Positions 38,902 through 44,249 of a DNA stretch of 44,249 bases are shown in pieces. The notes beneath the pieces are model-generated. The model saw nothing but the letters and a program-made list of their open reading frames with translations, searched no databases and was not told where the DNA came from. This DNA is from Verrucomicrobiota bacterium (GTDB lineage Bacteria > Verrucomicrobiota > Verrucomicrobiia > Limisphaerales > CANJSG01): positions 1-44,249 of the forward strand of contig JBBQXJ010000036.1 in assembly GCA_038209745.1 (NCBI GenBank), in the 5' to 3' direction. The translations under genes and the position numbers were made by a program. Numbering within the stretch: the first letter of the stretch is position 1; every line of letters starts with the position of its first letter.

Positions 38902-41025
38902 ATGAACACCTTCTCCGAATCCTGGCATCGCGTGCGCGGAGTGACCGTCCGGCTGCGCCCGCAAGTGCAGGCGCATCGGCAGCGGTTCCGGGGCGAGCTC
39001 TGGTTCGTCGTCCGCGAACCTTTCAACAACCAGTTCTTCAGACTTCGGGCCTCCGCCTACGCGTTCGTGCAGCGGCTCGACGGGGCCCGGACGGTCCAGG
39101 AAGCCTGGGAGGAGACGATGGCGGACGATCCCGAAGAGGCGCCCGGACAGCAGGACGTGATCGAGCTCCTGGCCCGGCTCTATGCGGCCAACCTCATCTT
39201 CACCGACCTGCCGGCGGACACCGCCGCCCTCTTCCAGCAACACCGCCGTCGCCACCATCGTGAGACCGTCGCGAAGTGGGTGGGAGCGATGTTCGCCCGC
39301 TTCCCCTTGTGGGATCCGGACGATTTTCTGCGCCGCGTTCTGCCGGTGGTCGGACCTCTCTTCAGCCGGTTCGGGGCGATTGTCTGGGCGGTCGTGGTGC
39401 TGGCGGGTTTGAAGGGTGTGATCGAGAACCGGGACGCCCTGTTCGCCGAGGCGGGACGGGCGTTGACCCCGGAGAACCTGCTCTGGCTCTACCTGGCGAC
39501 GGTCGGCATCAAGCTGCTCCACGAATTCGGCCACGCCATCCTCTGCCGGAAGTTCGGCGGCGAAGTCCATACCTTCGGCGTCATGCTCATGGTCTTCACC
39601 CCGATGCCCTATGTGGACGCGACCTCGGCGTGGTCGTTCCGGGAATGCTGGCAGCGCGTGATCGTCGGGGCAGGGGGGATGATCGTCGAAGTCTTCATCG
39701 CCGGATGGGCGGCCCTTTTCTGGGCGGCCAGCGGTCCGGGCCTCCTGCACGCGCTGGCCTTCAACGTGATGTTTTCGGCGTCGGTCTCGACGCTGCTCTT
39801 CAACCTCAATCCGCTCCTCCGGTTCGACGGCTACTACATGCTGATGGACTGGCTGCGTTTGCCCAATCTTGCCCAGCGCAGTCTCGGTCTGATCCGCTAT
39901 CTGGCGGAAAAACACTTCTTCGGACTGAAGCGGGAGAAGCCTCCGGCCCATCATGCCCGGGAAACCCCGTGGCTGATCGGCTACGGCGTGGCCTCCTTCT
40001 TCTATCGGATCGCGCTCTCGCTCTCGATCATCCTCTTCGTGGCGACGCGGTTTCCGGTGATCGGAGTTTTACTGGCCGGGGTTTGCCTCGTGGGCTGGGT
40101 GGTCGTGCCGGTTGGCCGGTTCGTGGGTTATCTCGCCACCAGCCCTCGATTGGCCAGGGTGAGGCCGCGTGCCTGGGGAGTCACCCTGGGCGGGACGGCG
40201 GTTCTGGTCATGGTGCTGGGCGTGGTTCCCATGCCCTCCAATTTGCGCGCTCCGGGCGTGGTCCAAGCGGAGCAATACACCCTGGTCGCGACGGCCAATC
40301 CCGGCTTCGTGGAAAAGGTTCTGGCGCCCTCCGGGAACGAGGTGAAGGCGGGCCAGCCGCTGCTCCAGTTGGCCGACCCGGAACTGGTGTTCGAAGTCCA
40401 TGAAGCCAAGGCCCAGCTCGGCGAAGCGGTCGCGCGGCAGCGGCAGGCGATTTCGCACGGAGGACAGAACCAACGCTCGATCGACAGTGCGCTGGAAGCA
40501 TTGCGTCTCCGTGAGGAGGACCTTCGCCGCCGGGAAGGGGAGCTGACGATCAAGGCCGCGCATGACGGCCTTTGGGTCGCGCCGAGGGCGGGAGACTTTG
40601 TCGGCCGCTGGTTTCCGCGCGGAACCGTGCTGGGCGAAGTGGTGAACCCGAGGAAGTTCACCTTCATCGCGCGCATCCCGACCCGGGATGGTCTGCAATT
40701 GATTTCCGGCGGTTTGCGCGGAGCCCGGGTGCGGCTCCTCGGCCAACCGGCGAAGCCGATGGAAGCGGCGAATATGCGCATCATCCAGGCCACCGCCGAG
40801 ACGGACGAAAGCGCCGGTGGCCGAAATGGAGCGGACCGGGAAAAGACTCCACCGGTTCCGACCTTCGAGCTCCGGTCGAATCTTGTGCCCGGGAGCGACC
40901 CTCCGAAGCTGCTGAACGGCCAAACCGGAGTCGTTCGCCTCTCGATTCCCTGGGAACCACTCCTCCAACAGTGGAGCCGTCGGGTCCGGCAACTGTTCCA
41001 GAAAACCCCCGGTGGCTCCTTGTGA
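38902..41025 (+). CDS. PqqD-like domain + M50 (site-2) zinc peptidase + HlyD-like adaptor fusion
   Basis: HEFGH (HExxH) and NLNPLLRFDG (NPxxxxDG) within the TM region; N-terminal RLDGARTVQE...LARLYAANLI; C-terminal lipoyl/coiled-coil. Confidence 0.85.
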   Translation: MNTFSESWHRVRGVTVRLRPQVQAHRQRFRGELWFVVREPFNNQFFRLRASAYAFVQRLDGARTVQEAWEETMADDPEEAPGQQDVIELLARLYAANLIFTDLPADTAALFQQHRRRHHRETVAKWVGAMFARFPLWDPDDFLRRVLPVVGPLFSRFGAIVWAVVVLAGLKGVIENRDALFAEAGRALTPENLLWLYLATVGIKLLHEFGHAILCRKFGGEVHTFGVMLMVFTPMPYVDATSAWSFRECWQRVIVGAGGMIVEVFIAGWAALFWAASGPGLLHALAFNVMFSASVSTLLFNLNPLLRFDGYYMLMDWLRLPNLAQRSLGLIRYLAEKHFFGLKREKPPAHHARETPWLIGYGVASFFYRIALSLSIILFVATRFPVIGVLLAGVCLVGWVVVPVGRFVGYLATSPRLARVRPRAWGVTLGGTAVLVMVLGVVPMPSNLRAPGVVQAEQYTLVATANPGFVEKVLAPSGNEVKAGQPLLQLADPELVFEVHEAKAQLGEAVARQRQAISHGGQNQRSIDSALEALRLREEDLRRREGELTIKAAHDGLWVAPRAGDFVGRWFPRGTVLGEVVNPRKFTFIARIPTRDGLQLISGGLRGARVRLLGQPAKPMEAANMRIIQATAETDESAGGRNGADREKTPPVPTFELRSNLVPGSDPPKLLNGQTGVVRLSIPWEPLLQQWSRRVRQLFQKTPGGSL

Positions 41026-43001
41026 ACACCGTTCTCCAGGACTCAACTTCGGTATCCGGCAATGCCGCGCCGCTGCCCAAGGGATTCGACGCGTTGAACC
41101 ACTTCGTCCACGGGCTCCACGCCCGTCGCCCCTCCAGGATGGCTGCGCTCCGGGCCACGGCGGATGCTGCTCTCTCCCAAGAAAGGGCTTTCAAGACCCT
41201 CGGGGACGAAGCGCTCCGGAGCCGTCTCGCTTCCGTTGGCGAACGGTTCCGGCGTCGAGCTGCGGCGTCGGATGCGGGGCTGTTGGCTGAAGCGTTGGCC
41301 GCTCTGCGCGAGGCGGCTTCCCGGGTCTGCGGGCTGCGCCCGTTTCCGGTCCAGCTCATTGGGGCGGCGGCTCTGCACCGGGGCTGTCTGGCCGAAATGG
41401 CGACCGGCGAAGGCAAAACGCTGGTCGCGGCGATGGCCGCGGTTTTGGCCGGTTGGACCCGTCGTCCCTGCCATGTCGTGACCGTGAACGACTACTTGGC
41501 AGCCCGCGACGCCAAGTGGTTCGAATCGTTGTTCCAGGTGGCCGGACTGTCGGTCGGAGTCGTGACCGGAGGAATGGACGTTGGCGAGCGGCGAGCCGGG
41601 CACCGGGCCGACGTCACCTTCACCACCAGCAAGGAGCTGCTGGCGGATTTTCTACGGGATCGGATCGCGCTGGGGCCGTTGACGGATGCGGATCGGCTGC
41701 GACTGCACCAAGGCGGCTGCCTCCGGAAGGACGCCGCCGGCTCCATCGTGATGCGGGGTCTCGGTGTGGCCATCGTGGACGAGGCGGACAGCATCCTGAT
41801 CGACGAAGCCGTGACGCCCTTGATCATTTCGCGGGAGCGGGAAAACGCCGATCTCCGCGATGCCTGCGTCGAAGCCCGTGAGCTGGGGGAATCGCTGCAA
41901 GCCGGACTCGACTACGAGGTGAACCCGCGCTTTCGCGACGTGGAACTGACCCCGGCCGGGCGAAAGCGGTTGGCCAGCGAGGCGGGAAACCTTCCTCCGC
42001 TGTGGAGGGGAACCGATCGGCGGCAGGAACTGGTCACCCAGGCGCTTCACGCCAGGGAGTTCCATCTCAAAGACCAGCAGTATGTCGTCCACGAGGGCAA
42101 GGTGGTCATCGTGGACGAATACACTGGCCGGATGATGCCGCAGCGGACTTGGCGGGACGGTCTGCACCAGGCCATCGAGGCCCGGGAAGGTCTGGAGATC
42201 ACCAGCCCCAGCGAGACTTTGGCCCGGATGAGCTTCCAGCGGTTTTTCCGGATGTTCCCGCGACTGAGCGGGATGACCGGGACCGCCTGGGAAGCCCGGC
42301 ACGAACTGTGGCGGGTCTACGGCTTGGCGGTGGTCCGAATTCCGACGAACCAACCGGTGCGACGGGAGCTGCTGCCGGATCGTTTTTTTGACTCCGCCGA
42401 GGAGAAATGGAGGGCCGTCACGGCCGAAATCGAGTGTCTCAATGCCAGCGGCCGACCGGTGCTGGTCGGTCTCCGCAGCATCGACGCGAGCGAGGAGTTG
42501 TCCCGGAGATTGGGAACGGTCCATTTACCTCATCGCCTCCTGAACGCTACCCGCCACCAGGAAGAGGCCGCCATCGTCTCGGATGCTGGGCGGCTCTGCA
42601 CCGTGACACTCGCCACCAACATGGCCGGACGCGGCACGGACATCCGTTTGGAGCAAGGAGTCGCCGAACTCGGAGGGTTGGCGGTGATAGCGACAGAACG
42701 GCACGAATCGCCCCGGATCGACCGTCAGCTTTTCGGTCGCAGCGGGCGACAGGGCGACCCCGGCACCGCCCAGGCGTTCGTCAGTTGGGAGGACGAAATC
42801 TTCCGCCGATTCCTCCCTTCGCCGGTGAGGTCGGGCCTTCGAAGAACGGCATCGAAGGCGGCGAGAACGGCCCAAGAAACCGCCGTGCTTTTGGCTCAAC
42901 GTCGGGCCCAAAACCAAGCTGCCGTCCAGAGACGTTTGGTGCTGAGATCGGACGAGTGGATCGACGAGTCCCTTGGGTTCGCCGGTGCTGGCCAAGTCTA
43001 G
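41022..43001 (+). CDS. SecA-like ATPase paralogue, C-terminally truncated (659 aa)
   Basis: EMATGEGKT, VTVNDYLAARD, VDEADSILIDEA, GLHQAIEAREG, GMTGTA, ATNMAGRGTDI, RIDRQLFGRSGRQGDPG; GTG 41022 overlaps the upstream TGA. Confidence 0.9.
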   Translation: MNTVLQDSTSVSGNAAPLPKGFDALNHFVHGLHARRPSRMAALRATADAALSQERAFKTLGDEALRSRLASVGERFRRRAAASDAGLLAEALAALREAASRVCGLRPFPVQLIGAAALHRGCLAEMATGEGKTLVAAMAAVLAGWTRRPCHVVTVNDYLAARDAKWFESLFQVAGLSVGVVTGGMDVGERRAGHRADVTFTTSKELLADFLRDRIALGPLTDADRLRLHQGGCLRKDAAGSIVMRGLGVAIVDEADSILIDEAVTPLIISRERENADLRDACVEARELGESLQAGLDYEVNPRFRDVELTPAGRKRLASEAGNLPPLWRGTDRRQELVTQALHAREFHLKDQQYVVHEGKVVIVDEYTGRMMPQRTWRDGLHQAIEAREGLEITSPSETLARMSFQRFFRMFPRLSGMTGTAWEARHELWRVYGLAVVRIPTNQPVRRELLPDRFFDSAEEKWRAVTAEIECLNASGRPVLVGLRSIDASEELSRRLGTVHLPHRLLNATRHQEEAAIVSDAGRLCTVTLATNMAGRGTDIRLEQGVAELGGLAVIATERHESPRIDRQLFGRSGRQGDPGTAQAFVSWEDEIFRRFLPSPVRSGLRRTASKAARTAQETAVLLAQRRAQNQAAVQRRLVLRSDEWIDESLGFAGAGQV

Positions 43002-43121
43002 AAGTCAGGCAGGAGATGATCCATTTGATAACAATAAAATCCGCGCTTCCGAGAAGATTGGAATTGATTGTCCCGAAATTGCGGCGCATTCGTCTCAGCA
43101 AGTCCCAACTCCCGTTGATCC

Positions 43122-44249
43122 GTGATCGGCAACCGTTACGAACTTGAACCGCTCGAAGCCCGGCTGATGCTGTCGGCCGATGTCGCCGGTTTGGCGGGTG
43201 GTGCTCTCGGAGCCGGTCAGGGCGCTCAGGCAGTTTTACGGGAGACCATGCACGAACCTTCTCCCGCTTCGACCAGTGGGAATTCGCTGTTCGACGGCCT
43301 GCAACCCTTGGAAGACGCGGGTCCAGCGGGGACCAAACCGGCGCACGTGGACACCCCGGCGACGCTCCCCACGACACCGGCCAAAGTTGCGGCCGACCTC
43401 GCGGAAAAGGTTCTCCAAACCAAGAGCGATGCAGCCACGGTCGTGTCGAAACTGACGGGACCCATGTCCCCGGCTTCGGACCCCGCTCTCTCCACCGCGT
43501 CCGCAGAGGTGCCTTCGTCCGTTTCCCTTTCCGTCGAAACCCTGACGGCCGCGAACGGGCCTCCCGTCGGCGGAACCAATTCCGCAACAGTTTTGAATCG
43601 CTCTGTTCCCCGCCGTCAGACTGATGGCGTTACAAACATTTCCGGAGCGATTTCCGCCGATATGACGTGGTCTGGAACCATTTATCTAAACGGCGACGCC
43701 CAGATCAATTCCGGCATCACGGTCATCATCCAGCCGGGCACGGTCATAAAGATAAAGCAGGGGGTCTCTCTCACCGTTTCGGGAACGCTTCAGGCCAACG
43801 GCACCACCACCGCTCCGGTCATCTTCACTTCGGCCCGCGATGCCAGCGTAGGTCTGCCGGTTCCGGGTGCTCCTACAGGAGATGCGGTGGCGGGCGACTG
43901 GCAATCGATCTACTTCGAGAGCGGTTCCAGCGCGTCGGTCTTCGGCAACGTCATCGTGCGTTATGCCGGTAACGCGTCGAGCCCCGGCAACCCGTCGTAT
44001 TATCGCTCGGCGGTCCGGTTGAACAACACGGCGGCGACACTGACGGACGTGCTGGTGTCGCAGTCCGACTCGGACGGGATCGAGATCGTGGGTGGGACAC
44101 CGAGTCTGACGCGGGTCACGGTGGACGGTTCGCGGTTCAGCGGGTTCTCGGAAACCACCCTGGCTCTGCCGACTCTTCGGAACCTGACGGCAACGAACAA
44201 CGGGTCGGGCAACGGCTACGTGTTCGTCGGCGGAACCTTGGCGGCGGAC
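43122..44249 (+). CDS. Large LEPRxLL-leader exoprotein with beta-helix region (partial, runs off window)
   Basis: Translated by hand: 376 open codons from GTG 43122 to the edge. YELEPLEARLMLSAD, an Ala/Pro/Ser/Thr linker, then IQPGTVIK, PVIFTSARD, GDWQSIYF beta-helix-type sequence. Start codon uncertain. Confidence 0.88.
   Translation, partial: MIGNRYELEPLEARLMLSADVAGLAGGALGAGQGAQAVLRETMHEPSPASTSGNSLFDGLQPLEDAGPAGTKPAHVDTPATLPTTPAKVAADLAEKVLQTKSDAATVVSKLTGPMSPASDPALSTASAEVPSSVSLSVETLTAANGPPVGGTNSATVLNRSVPRRQTDGVTNISGAISADMTWSGTIYLNGDAQINSGITVIIQPGTVIKIKQGVSLTVSGTLQANGTTTAPVIFTSARDASVGLPVPGAPTGDAVAGDWQSIYFESGSSASVFGNVIVRYAGNASSPGNPSYYRSAVRLNNTAATLTDVLVSQSDSDGIEIVGGTPSLTRVTVDGSRFSGFSETTLALPTLRNLTATNNGSGNGYVFVGGTLAAD

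Noticed and set aside
37309..39954. Long antisense ORFs (also 2998-4716, 4855-6816, 11799-13775, 21651-23672, 32696-34366)
   Set aside because: Shadow frames of real genes in high-GC DNA with no recognisable motifs.
40572..41021. N-terminal extension of the SecA-like ORF (809 aa)
   Set aside because: Overlaps the M50 gene out of frame; GTG 41022 overlapping the TGA is the more plausible start.

Overview
A GC-rich bacterial chromosomal window. The gene content (PVC-type heme protein, sulfatase, PEP-CTERM, DUF4340/Gld-like ABC) suggests Verrucomicrobia or another PVC lineage; this is inference. From left to right it holds the end of an IS3 element, a (GACTGAC)10 repeat, a TIM-barrel isomerase, a heme-c fusion protein, a sulfatase, DUF167, an IS110-like relic, YkgJ, SET, rlmN, recO, DUF502, shc and a PEP-CTERM gene. 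Next come a LysR-dabB-dabA inorganic-carbon pump module bounded by IS5-family ends, ABC transporter genes, an RlmI-like methyltransferase, pyrC and tRNA-Gly. An accessory block follows: Mrr-like nuclease, SEL1 protein and MFS. The most striking locus is 34712-44249: TolC, three membrane-fusion proteins (plain, GAF-like-fused, PqqD-like/M50-peptidase-fused), a C-terminally truncated SecA paralogue, and a large LEPRxLL-leader beta-helix protein absent from the ORF track that runs off the window. This looks like a type-I-like secretion system with no ABC transporter, possibly powered by the SecA-like ATPase. All family calls rest on motif recognition by eye; no searches were run.
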